Shown in pieces: positions 1 to 10,979 of a stretch of DNA of 64,000 nucleotides. Numbering within the stretch: position 1 is the first letter of the stretch; each line of letters begins with the position of its first letter. Below the pieces are notes generated by a model. The model saw only the letters and a list, made by a program, of their open reading frames with translations, did no database searches and was not told where the DNA came from. The stretch is from Pristiophorus japonicus. Taxonomy: Eukaryota. The position numbers and the translations under genes are program-made. The stretch spans positions 316,572,001 to 316,636,000 of the forward strand of contig NC_091979.1 in assembly GCF_044704955.1 (NCBI RefSeq), read 5' to 3'.

Positions 1-1740
1 CTGGAGAGACCCACACAGGCTTTTTTTTAAAAAAGGAATTACAGCTTCCCTTTTCCGTTCTTTATCTCATTCCTAGACTAAATTTATTGTCTTTCAACCC
101 AATGTGATCAATGATTGCATGTTTTCTTTTGACAAGTAAGTGAGCATGTCAAATCTTTTTGTAAACCAATGGGACCATGTATTTTTTATCTTTTGCTCAA
201 CAACCCTATCCTTTGTGCATTTCCTAGCTCCATAACATATCATCTGAATAAATCCACACCTGCGTTTCTAATTTAAAATGTAATTCAATTCTAGGTTCAC
301 ACTTTCTTAAAACTTCCCACATACTGGACAACACTGCAAAGGGTTAAAAAAACTTTCACTCTGTTTGAAAAAGTGGGTGGAGCTAAAACAAACAGACAGC
401 TCGACCACTTTTCTAAACAGGCTTTCAGACACATGAAACATTCATTAATTCCCACCTCAAATATTTTGCAGTCAAAAATCACACAAACACTCTCATTCAA
501 AGACAGACATTTACAAAAGCCTCTCTTTATTCAACAAAGCTTATTGTTTGGCCAGCTCTATTTTTGGATCCATACATCATTTAAGATAGTCACTATCAGG
601 TTTTTTTATGGCATTATGTAATTACGCAAGTTATAATTAATACATGATTGATTTACTTTCTCTGTTAATTTTACGTGGGCTCAAAGAATCAGGACCCAGG
701 CCTTATCAATTACTTTCTTTTGTTTCTCCGTCAGGTGGCGGGTAAGAGACCTTTCTGGCCCCCACTCGAGTTTTGTTGGTTTACTGACCATGTCTGGGTA
801 GGACTAGAACTGTTAGGAATCTACTCTCAGAGGTCCGCTTTCAGCTAACGCGACTTGTAGTAGGCCGTCTCTTGGCTTACTGACGGGTCACAAGTCTGTG
901 ATAATTTCTTACAGCAGGCTTATAATACAATCCTTAAATACTTTAAGCAATTCCTGACAGCGCTCTACGTCTCCTTAACGAAATACCTTGCACCATTTTG
1001 CCTATTGGTCCGATCCTGTTCACAGACTTGATTTTCGTTGGTCACTGTGCACCACCTGGTCCCCGGGGTATATTTCAAATTACACTACTGGGCCCAGGAG
1101 GCCCAGGAGATGTCGCTCGGTATCACGATCCCACGGTCTAAGTGTGTTCCCTATGCCTATTTAATCCTGGCCGTCACGTGGGAACAAGTCCTCTTAATTC
1201 GGGCTCAGGCTAGGCGTTTGAGGTATTAGACCGTCTCCTCGTGTCGATCAACCGATGTCCACCTTCAGCACCCTTTCTTATTTTTGTTTTAATCTATACT
1301 CACCCGGTTCTTCCAAGCGTGTCCAGCGACTTCCGAATCCTGTTTGTGACACCACTGTTAGCGCAAATATTTCCCAGGAAGAATCACTCGACACTCTGGG
1401 TCGGTTCCAACATCAAAACAGCCTTTATTACGCCGGCAGGGAGAAAGCCTCTGGGTTACAGCAGGCACTGCTCTCTGCTGAACAAAGACATTCATCGATA
1501 CTTATACGTTTTACAATACTAGGTTACAATTACTCAACCCATCTTGGCTGGACACAATCCAATCACAACGATTATAGATTACATGACAGGTTTCTTTTGG
1601 GCCAATGGAATTGACCCCTAAGCATCAAGGGGCTACATGTTTTTGCTAAGAATTTCTCATGGTCTCGTGATGTGGTCAGGCACACACGTACATACATCTG
1701 CCCTGCAGGTGCCTTTGCCTTTGGAAGCGCCCGACAACAG
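1..1740 (-). mobile_element. 5' end of an endogenous retrovirus/LTR element: LTR about 1356-1740, PBS 1337-1354, leader running off the window start
   Basis: On the - strand the LTR ends ...CTAACA (1356) and is followed by TGGTGTCACAAACAGGATTCG, a tRNA-Leu-like PBS. AATAAA (1424-1429) and TATAAG (about 1501-1506) lie on the - strand inside the LTR. The outer LTR boundary is uncertain. Confidence 0.6.
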
Positions 1741-2185
1741 AATGAGTATAGTTTCCCCAATGATTCATCTGGTTAAAGCAGTGAGTAGCTCAGCCATGTA
1801 AGCAGAAAGATCCCAGGATCCGATTCTGGATCCCTGCTGGATGCAAGTTCCCCAGTATCAGCGGCTTGAGCCTTTGATGCTCTTGTGCCTATTTTCAGGG
1901 AGGCTGCGAGCCTGGTTGGTGGGGAGGGGCAATGGGGATTGTGGTGTTAAGGTGCACCGTGACGGTATGGGACAGGCTCCATGGTCCAGCTGGTCTTTTC
2001 CTGTCTGTTGTTTTTGTTGTTTGTGTGGTTCAGCTTCTGGTTGTTATTTGAGCTGTCAGCTTTTTTAGCGCTGTTTAATAACTTTCCTGAGTTCCTCGGT
2101 TGGCCAGTGTGTAATCATTTCCCCATCACCATTCCTATCTGAATGTGTGACAAAACTAATAAATATTTAAACATATTTCTTACAG

Positions 2186-3614
2186 TGACACTGAAAGGGA
2201 CGCCCTGAAAGTGAAATTACTTCAGCTACAATGTCACTTCACGTGGAATCTGCAGATGGAAAATGTTGAGTGGGATGATTTGCAGGAACGACTAAACTAT
2301 ATAATAGAGTCTGATATTGTGAAATATCAAGCTATGACTTACAATCTACTTGCTTTTGTAAACTGTACGAGAGGCAACTGTGAGAAGTCGGTCAATAATT
2401 TATGGAAAGCTGAAGAAATTCTGAGGAAAAATCACAAATTTGAAATAGAAAAATGGAGCATCATCACCTATGGAAACTCTGCCTGGGTATATTATCATGT
2501 GGGAGAACTGGCAGAGGCCCAGTCCTACCTCGACGAGCTGGAGAGGATCTGTCAACAATTTACTGATGGCTCTCGGTATACAGCACTGATACCTGAAGTA
2601 TACGGGGAGAAGGGTTGGTCACTGTTGAAATGTGGCAGGAAATATTATGAAGAGGCAAATGAATGTATTGAGAAGGCTCTGGAGGGGGATCCTGATGACA
2701 TTGAATGGAACGCAGCTTATGCAACTGTTGTGTTTCGACTTAAAGAAACCTTTGAAGACCCACAGCGTCCTGAACACTGCAAGGTAGTGAAGCAGTTACG
2801 CCGCGCATTAGCACTGAACCCAAATGACTCGTTTGTCAAGATCATGTTGGCTCTGAGACTACAGGATTTCAATCAAATAGATGAATATTACAGATTACTT
2901 GAAGAAGTGCTGCTGGAGTCTCCTGATGATCCATATATAACTCAATATGCAGCCAAAGCTTTAAGAAAACAAGGATCTGTTGAATATTCCTTACAGCTAT
3001 TGAAAAAGGCACTGAAGGTTAAATCCTCTTCTGCACTTCTTCACCATGAGATCGGCTTATGTTACAAAGCTCAGCTGAAACCTCACCGGAAATACTTTGC
3101 TCGTGCAGACAGCAGAAAATTGATTGAACTTTGCAAGTACCATTTCCAAAAAGCGTATGAACAGAAACCCTCGCTTACTTTTGCAATACTTCATTTGGCG
3201 GAACTCCACGCAATATGTGGAGAATATTTCAAAGCCGATGATATCTACACCAACCTGCTTAGAAATAAAGATTACAGCCCTTTGAATAAACGATTAATAC
3301 ATTGGGACTATGGATTGTACCAGCTGTATAAGAAAGGATCCCAGCTGAATGCCATTCATCATTTCAAGGAATGCTTAAAACTCAAAGTTAAGACCAACAA
3401 GAATGAGGAATGCCGCGCAAAATTGAAACGTATTGCTGAAGATCGAATGAGTAAAGATTCAAGAGACAGTGTAGCTTTTGGTATATTGGGACTAATACAC
3501 CAGATTGATGGCAAGAAATCAGAAGCCATTGAATACTTTGAGAATGCCCTGGAGTGTGATCGTGACAATGAAGAATTTCAAAGTGCTCTATGTAAGCTGC
3601 GTCAGGTTACATAG
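2186..3614 (+). CDS. IFIT-family (interferon-induced protein with tetratricopeptide repeats, IFIT1/IFIT5-like) main coding exon 2; intact
   Basis: Motifs LQCHFTW, YGNxAWVYYH, EVYGEKGWSLLK, TPR helices and C-terminal AIEYFENALE. Splice acceptor tttcttacAG at 2184-2185 gives the typical IFIT phase-2 junction (ATGAG|T GAC ACT... = MSDTERDALKVKLLQLQCHFTW). The ORF-track GTG start is not the true start. Exon 1 was not found in the window. Confidence 0.93.
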
Positions 3615-4182
3615 GGCAATGTAGGGGAGAGATTATAGAGAACATGGTTGGAATGTGGGAGGAAATGGATTGCAATGTAGGGGAGAGGGAAGTGTGGGGT
3701 CAAATCTGGTTTGCAGAGCGCTCAGGGTTTGTTGAATCCCCTGAGTATTTTCCAAACCTATCTAACCTTAATTTCAATGTTTAGGGAGTTGAGATTCTGC
3801 TCTCCACATTCTCTAACATTTAAATGTATAACTTTTGGCAGACAGCTCTGACCGTGTTGTTTCCTGACATGTACAGAGCTCTCGCCAAAACAGGCCAGTT
3901 ACAGCCAGGCCGTCAACAAGCAATTTATACTGGGTTCTGTTGACTGTAACTTGATTCAGTTTAAAGGCACTCAAAGTGTCAACAGTCTGGCTGGAATGCT
4001 TTAACCTGCACTGACTGCCTGTAGCCCTGGAACTCCGAGACACCAAATGCTAGCTTGGGGCCAAAACTGAATTTGCACATTTACTCAACAGTCAAATCTT
4101 TAATCAGCAAACTGTTCAAACTATACAACATGCAAATAGTTGGCGATTCAGATTAACCTGATTCGGTAAAGAAACAAATAAC

Positions 4183-5588
4183 GGTCTGGAATTTGCCGTC
4201 ATTTCACCTTTGACACTGACCGTAACTTCAGGATCGAGCGCGTGTGCAACCTAACCTTGCAATCCCACAGTTGTGGTCAGTCATTGACTGCCTCGATACT
4301 GGCTGTGCTATGGAACCCCCACTGCCTCCCAACCCTTCTCCACAGCCGGCAATCAGTGTAAGCTGTCAAATTATGGAAACTGATGAAAACTTTGGCCCTT
4401 CCATGGTAATACCACTGTTAAATACTCCATTAAAGGTTAGGTCCTTTTGGATTAGGTGTAATTGGGGTTTTAACAATATATTGACTGCTGAACAAAGGCT
4501 ATGGCCCTGAAATACTCATTTTAAGTTTCTGGAGTGTCAAATGTATCTACTTTAATAAAAATTGACATTTTTAAGAAATATTAAAAACAACTGATTTTTT
4601 AAAAATATCCATCTTTATTTCAGGATTTCCTTTTCCCCATGTCAGGGCTCCAATCTTTGTTTTGTTCTCTCTAACATTTTCAAAACATTAGAATCAAAAG
4701 GCCTGAACTTGGTCAAAGCCAAGGCCCGGCCAAGTGCCGCCCAAAGCACTGCCGATGGCCGCCGAGAGACCGGGCGGTACTTTGCCGGGAAGAGCCCTCA
4801 AAAAGAGATGGCAGTCCCGCCCGGCAGCAAAATGACAGCTTGTACCATCACTCTGGGCGGCAGCAGGCGGGAGCTCTCAATCTCAGCAGCAGATGCTATC
4901 CTCGCCCAAGTGCCGCCGAGGATTGAGTTGGGTCCAGGGAGGGGGGAAACACTGATAAATAAAAATAATCACAAAAAAAAAATACGCCCGTAGCACCTTC
5001 AGGGGACCCCATTCAGTTAAAACACTGAAAGAAAGAAAATTAAAACATGTTCACGAACCGTTTTTTTGCAGGTCTTCGTACTTACCATCAGGGTTAGACC
5101 TGCCTCCACGGAACGGTCCTTCGCCCTGTTGCTGCTGACTCCCACCCTCAGCAATATGGCAGCTTAGCGAGCGGGAGGTTACTTACGCGACTTGGCCGCC
5201 AGTGGCTGCCAGCAGGCGGTTCCCAGCGGTATTCCCCTCCCGCCGGCATCAGACCAAGAGGGATCTGTCACCTGAGGGGAGAGCGGAGAATAAAATCGGC
5301 AACAGTCGGTGGCACTGGGCGGTAAGGCCACCAATTTCGGGGCCAAAGGAACTTACCCATCTCCTGGTTCACTGTCTGTGACAATTCTGTGTTTACATTG
5401 GCTGCTTAGACAGCTTGTTGAGCTCACAGCAGCTCTCCGCTGGGAATCCCCATTAACTTCCGTTATTTCAATGACGCCTCGGAAAAGCTGAAATGGTCCC
5501 CACAGAGATCACAAGCTTTTTGTGCGAAGATTACTTTGGGACCAGCAGCAAACGCCTTTGCTTCGCCACTGACCGCAAACTACAAGCC
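4183..5588. mobile_element. Non-autonomous PIF/Harbinger-like MITE containing a nested second MITE (4700-5344)
   Basis: Imperfect terminal inverted repeats: outer GGTCTGGAATTTGCC / CGCAAACTACAAGCC; inner GGCCTGAACTTGGT / ACCAATTTCGGGGCC. No coding capacity. Confidence 0.5.
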
Positions 5589-5624
5589 ATTGAGTTGTAT
5601 TGATACAGTACATGTCACAATCTC

Positions 5625-5772
5625 CGCACATCCTGAGTGGGTGGACCAGGCCTCGGTTTAAAGTCTATTCCAAAAGTGCAGTGCAGAACTCCCTTAGTAC
5701 TACACTGACGTGTCAGCCTAGATTTTGTGCTCAAGTCAGTGGAGTTGGATTTGAACCCATAACATTCTGACA
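5625..5772 (-). mobile_element. tRNA-derived DeuSINE (SacSINE1-like) fragment
   Basis: The - strand reads GGGTTCAAATCCAACTCC (B-box), then GACTTGAGCACAAAATCTAGGCTGACAC...TTAAACCGAGGCC, resembling the Deu-domain SINE body. Confidence 0.6.
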
Positions 5773-7784
5773 AAGTCTGTATTTTGACATTTTATTCAAT
5801 GTGTTGTACCCCTCAGTGTGTATTGGTATTACTATTCTGTGTGTGCTATTAAAAGTGTGCCTTTTACTTTCTTTTAAACACAATAAAGCCATACCTGCTT
5901 CCTACCTTGAAACCGACTGTTTGTCCAAGTCTGTCCCAGTCCCTTCATAATTCCAGAGTCCAGAACCAAGGATGTGGGAGCGATTCGAAACCGCTCATAT
6001 AAGGTCAGAAGGGGAAGCTGATCCCCTGAAAACCACCCCTCACACTGCTGACTTTGCTCGAGGGACAATTTCACCAGCCTCAGATGTTCCCCGGCCTCCA
6101 AACTGCACAGCAACCATCAGCTGCACAGAGGAAAACACTGAAACAAGGAATCTCCTCTGGGAACAGTCTCTCGGCACGGCACAAACAAACAGGTAACTCT
6201 ATTCCACCTTGTTTTCACATCATAGACAAAATATTTAGGTTTCGATGGTGCAGGATGTTTTGTGTGCCCCATGTCTCGATGATTGTCCCTTGAGTCGACC
6301 GGTGCTTTAAAACTCCCCGGTTCGGGTTGTTTCCCTGTGGACGGCAGTAGCTTTTGCCAATAGTTCCTGCCTAGCCCGTCGATCAGCGGGTAATCCCACA
6401 CAGAGAGACACCAAGGTCAGATAGATCTTCTCCTATGCCCGATGCGTAGTGCCCCCAGTGGGATTACTGTGTAACCCGGCCGTGAGCGGATGCCACCCGG
6501 TCGGTCTTCCGAATTATACCGGGAACCACAAGCCCCGCAACCCCCAAGTTCAGACCCAAGGAGTTACTATGGATAGATTACAATTGACTCAGACAAAACA
6601 AAACGGTTCAGGTTGGTCAAAGATCGATTCCTTTTAAACCACTCACAAAATGACAACCCCTACTCTCGCTTACGGTTTGGAGTGACTGTGGACACTAGCT
6701 TAAAACCTTAGACTAAATACCCACCCTGTCGGTTATGCTGAACCAAACCCATTCCCAGAATCTAAGCCGAGATAATGGAAACCCTCCTAATTAAACCCCT
6801 CTCCGGTTTGGTCAGAACCCACACTTGGAAGTCTCCTCACACACACATGTGTTAGTCTGTGTCTTGGACACTTGCAGTTCCTCAGCAGCCAAACACGCTG
6901 GCGGTCTTGGGGATTTCCAGAGGTGTATGCTGGATATAATTACCATCCCTTGTCGTTGATTCACGTGGCCCTGGGTCCGTTCAGCTCTGAAGAAAAAACC
7001 GTGTCTCACAGAGGCATGCGATGAGACCTAGAGAGTTACGTTCAGGTGGTACAGCGTGGCACTCACTTCGGGTGTTCCTGGAGAGTTGACGGACTCGTAG
7101 CCACGCGGGGAACCCTGTTCCAGCTGGTAGAGAAAAGTAAGCCCTGAATCCCCAAAGTTCAGCATCTTTATACCCCGTATAATACACAAAACTGGCTGGG
7201 CGATTCCTGGTTACCATGGTCGCAGAGACGCTCATTGGTCTTCCTGGTGATGTCTCTGACCTGGATTGGTCAACTCGATGAACACAATGGTGGGCCATTT
7301 CTGTCAATGATTAGTTCTCGAAGTGCTAACTGTTTGTTGAGTTCTTGACTGCTCCTTCATCGAAAGAGTCCAGAGGTGTTACATTTGGCCTGTAAACCTC
7401 ATTGTCCATCCAGACCTCCTGGCCCCATGGACAAAAGGTGTTTTTCCACAAATCACACAAAGTTCGAAATGAAACGGCCTCTGCCTTTCATGACGTCAGC
7501 TTTGAGACTGGTTCCATGGCAACCCAAAAGACAGACAGCTCCTGCCATATTTCACAGAAACCAAAAATCAGTCCTTTTAAAGTCCAAATGTTCAAACTCC
7601 ATTTTGAAACGCAGCTCATGTGCATCTCCATTTTAAAAGGGTGCAGATCCATTTTAAAAATCCAAAAATCTTGCCGGCCCATACACACACTGATGTTGGC
7701 ACCGGCAAAATCCTACAATGGTCACAAAAAGGGGTCTAAATTATGAAATATGCTCCTGAAACACTGGTGAAAATTCAGGCCCTC

Positions 7785-8105
7785 AAGCCTGCTTCGCTAT
7801 TCAGTGAGATCAGGGTTGATCTTCTATCTCAACTCCATTTTCCTGCACGATCCCCATATCCCTTAATCCCCTTAATATCCAACAATCGATCGATCTACGC
7901 TTGAATGCACTCAAAGACTGAACCTTCATAGCCCCCTGGGGTAGAGAATTCCAAAGATTCACCACCCGCTGAGTGAAGAAATTTCTCCTCATCACAGTCC
8001 TAAATGGCCGACCCCTTATTCTGAGACTGTGACACCCGGTTCTAGACCCCTCAGCCAGAGGAAACATCCTCCCTGCATCTACCCTGTCAAGCTGTGTAAG
8101 AATTT
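7785..8105 (-). mobile_element. CR1 LINE 3' fragment
   Basis: ORF2 C-terminus RRNFFTQRVVNLWNSLP plus 3' UTR. Confidence 0.85.
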
Positions 8106-8109
8106 TGTG

Positions 8110-9850
8110 GGGTCGAAATTCGGTACTGCCGATTTTGAGGGGTGTCACCGGCTGAGAGGATTTTTTACCGTCAGTTGCTCAGGACAGAGGCTGAGAGGAG
8201 ACCACAACCACAGACATACAGAGTCCTATGGAGGGAAATTGCAGAACGAGTGTCTGTGACTGACATTGGGGCCAGGAAATGCCACTCAATGCCAGAAAAA
8301 GTGGAACGATATGACTCAGCTGGGTGAGGGTGTGTATCTTAAATCTTAAACGTCAACATGCTATGCTCTGAGCTCAATGTGCACTCTCTGCTCAATGTCG
8401 TGTTTCGGAACCCATGCCCTACGTGGGTGAGACCAGATGCAAGGTTCCCATTTGTAGCCTCACACACTGCAAGGGCCTGCATGTGCTAAAAACGTTCCTA
8501 CTCGGTTCTCCAGTCCCACCCCTCATGATGTTAACTCTTCAGTCTTCTTATGCATCTGGAGGATGGTCGCCTCCCCATGAATGTTAGGTCCTGGCCCCCT
8601 AATTCAAGCATTGCCACAGCCAGTCCACGTAGTGAATGGAAGTTACCTCGAGCTGTGAAGACTCTCATGCAGTAAACTATGTCTTCATCTTAGATGGTCC
8701 TCATATCGAGGATGATTTGCTTCCACGCCAAAAAGGGATGAATTCACAGGTGTTTCAATGAAGTATCTAATATTCCACATCCCGAACTACATACTGAAGG
8801 GTGGAAGATGCCTGTGAGTGGATTTTTTTAACATGTGGTGGCCGTTGCACACCAGCCATCACACTGGCTTGTCAGAGCAAGGTCTCGGTCCAGTGACAAG
8901 TATTAACCAAGATGACTGGAGACCAGCTCTGCTGCACAGACCTAGTGCGCACCGATATCACAGAGTGGGCTGGCCCGTGCTGCCCCTGGGCCCTCGCCGC
9001 TTATGGGCCCCGAACTCACGCCTCTCCTGAATCCCAATCATGTTGCTCTGCAATTTATTGCCGCTCCCTTGCCCCAGCCTCGTCGATCCTCTGCTGCTTG
9101 CCGCCTTCCTGCTGTACCTATCCACGCTCCAATCTCAGACCAGGATTATGGTGACCTCCAATCCAATCACCTTCCTCACTGCCGTCGCCCTCCTGCACCA
9201 GCTTGTGCTGCTCCCTGGAGTGGTATGCTCCTTTTAAAGCCCGACCTGCCGCAGATGTTCCTCGCAGGTCGGGGTCGCGCTGAGTAAACTATGTAACACC
9301 TGGGAGAAACTTATAGAAGGGCTCTGACTCAGATGTTCTCTTTAATCTTACAGGCAAAGCTTGTCCACAACCAGAGAGCAGATGAGGACTGGAGGAGGGG
9401 ACTGGGAACTCCAGGACGTGACTCCGTTGGAGGAATGCGTCGCAGTCCTGATGGCCGTTCAAGTTGGTGACTTGGTGGTGGGTGAGGCCGAACCCCCTTG
9501 GGTCAGTGCCGGTAGGTTTACTTCCTTTGCAGCATCCGGCAGGCCACATAGGCCTGATTCCACAATCCTTCAGCTCTTTCCATGAGACTTCCATTCTCGA
9601 ATGCCTTCACCGCTCCTTGCCCATGCACTGCTCAACATCCATGCGTGAACTTCATCAGATACACGTCCTCCTTTGACAGGCTCCACCAGGCTGTGTCCTT
9701 GCATCTACAAATTGGCCTAATTTCTCCAGCATTCACACTTCCAATCTTACGTGGTGACATCATCAGGCATGCACATATGTATCGCCATTCAGTGCAACCT
9801 TTAAAACCTTCGTGTTGGAGAATCCGCCAAGAAAGTCCAGACAAGAAAAA
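8110..9850 (+). mobile_element. Decayed Harbinger-associated Myb/SANT (trihelix) gene remnants
   Basis: LWREIAERVS...QCQKKWNDMT-like helix at about 8220-8330 and later degenerate exon-like pieces; interrupted by an RTE-derived element. Confidence 0.45.
8690..9030 (-). mobile_element. Internally deleted non-autonomous RTE element (5' UTR + start of endonuclease + RTE 3' tail)
   Basis: Homologous to 25045-25392. Reads M*FGMWNIRYFIET (degenerate APE start), then the GGAAGCAAATCATCCTCGAT tail. Confidence 0.65.
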
Positions 9851-10103
9851 ACATTTTTCAACTGGGAATTGCTTTAAATGTGTGTACTTGAGCTTTATCT
9901 AACGTTCATTGTATATATTTTCAGAATTGTTGATATTTTTGTGAGCGGTAACATGACTCTTGGACTGGTGTGCTGCTTTGCTCCGGGTGACCCTCCTTGC
10001 TCATGCATTGCCATCCCCCAATCTCCTCTCTTCTACTGCTTAAATTCCTCTCCCTCGAACAATGGGTGTATTTTAGCCTAACTTCAAGTTTAATGTTACT
10101 TAA

Positions 10104-10395
10104 GAACATAAGAATTAGGAGCAGGAGTAGGCCATATGGCCCCTCGACCCTGCTCTGCCGTTCAATAAGGTCATGGCTGATCTTCGAACTCAACTCCATT
10201 TTCCTGCCCGATCCCCATATCCGTAGAGTCCCCGAGAGTCCAAAACTCTATCTATCTCAGCCTTGAATATACTCAATAACCCAGCGTCCACAGCCCTTTA
10301 GGGGAGAGAATTCCAAAGATTCACAACCCTCCAAGTGAAGGAATTCCTCCTCATCTCAGTCTTAAATGGCCGACTCCTTGTCCAGAGACTGCTGC
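10104..10395 (-). mobile_element. CR1 LINE 3' fragment
   Basis: CR1 3' UTR with (TTCTTATG)-type tail and WNSL-coding region. Confidence 0.8.
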
Positions 10396-10979
10396 CTCTT
10401 CAGTGTCTTCTAAGCTGTGTGCGCATCCTGTGAAAACCAGAAGCAGCGTAAAGATGGCGGCGGTGCGGAAGTTGTGGAAAGAGTAGCGGTGAAAAGCAGA
10501 GCGAGGCCGGCCTGCGACTGACACAACAGCAGGGCCTCCGATCCACCAGGATCAATCAGTGGGACGCGAGGATGTGTTGCTGTATGGCCGGCTGACAGCT
10601 GGGTGTGGGTGTGGGAAGGATGAACCAGGAGGTGAGGGGGCTCTGTGTGGGGTGGGTGCTCTCCAGGGGCAGGAGGTGGAGGTATGTGAGGGGCCATCTG
10701 GGGGAATCTGGGGTGTTTCACTGTGTATTGGCACCCCCTCTCCCTGCAGGCAGGTATTGGTATTGATGATCCAAGGTGACCCGGAACCAGAGCAAGCAGC
10801 CCCTCCCACAGTGGCAAAGGGCAAAGGGCAAAGGGCGTGGGGCAATGACGGACACACCGGCGCCGCTCGTGCTCGGTGCGTCGCAACAATCACATCAGCA
10901 AGTCGATGCAATAGTGACCCAATCCGCCTTCTCAATCTACAGCATCGGCAGCTCAGGGCTACAGTGACCCATGAGGTGG

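Noticed and set aside
1765-1830. tRNA-like A/B-box sequence
   Set aside because: Too degenerate for a tRNA gene; at most an old SINE head.
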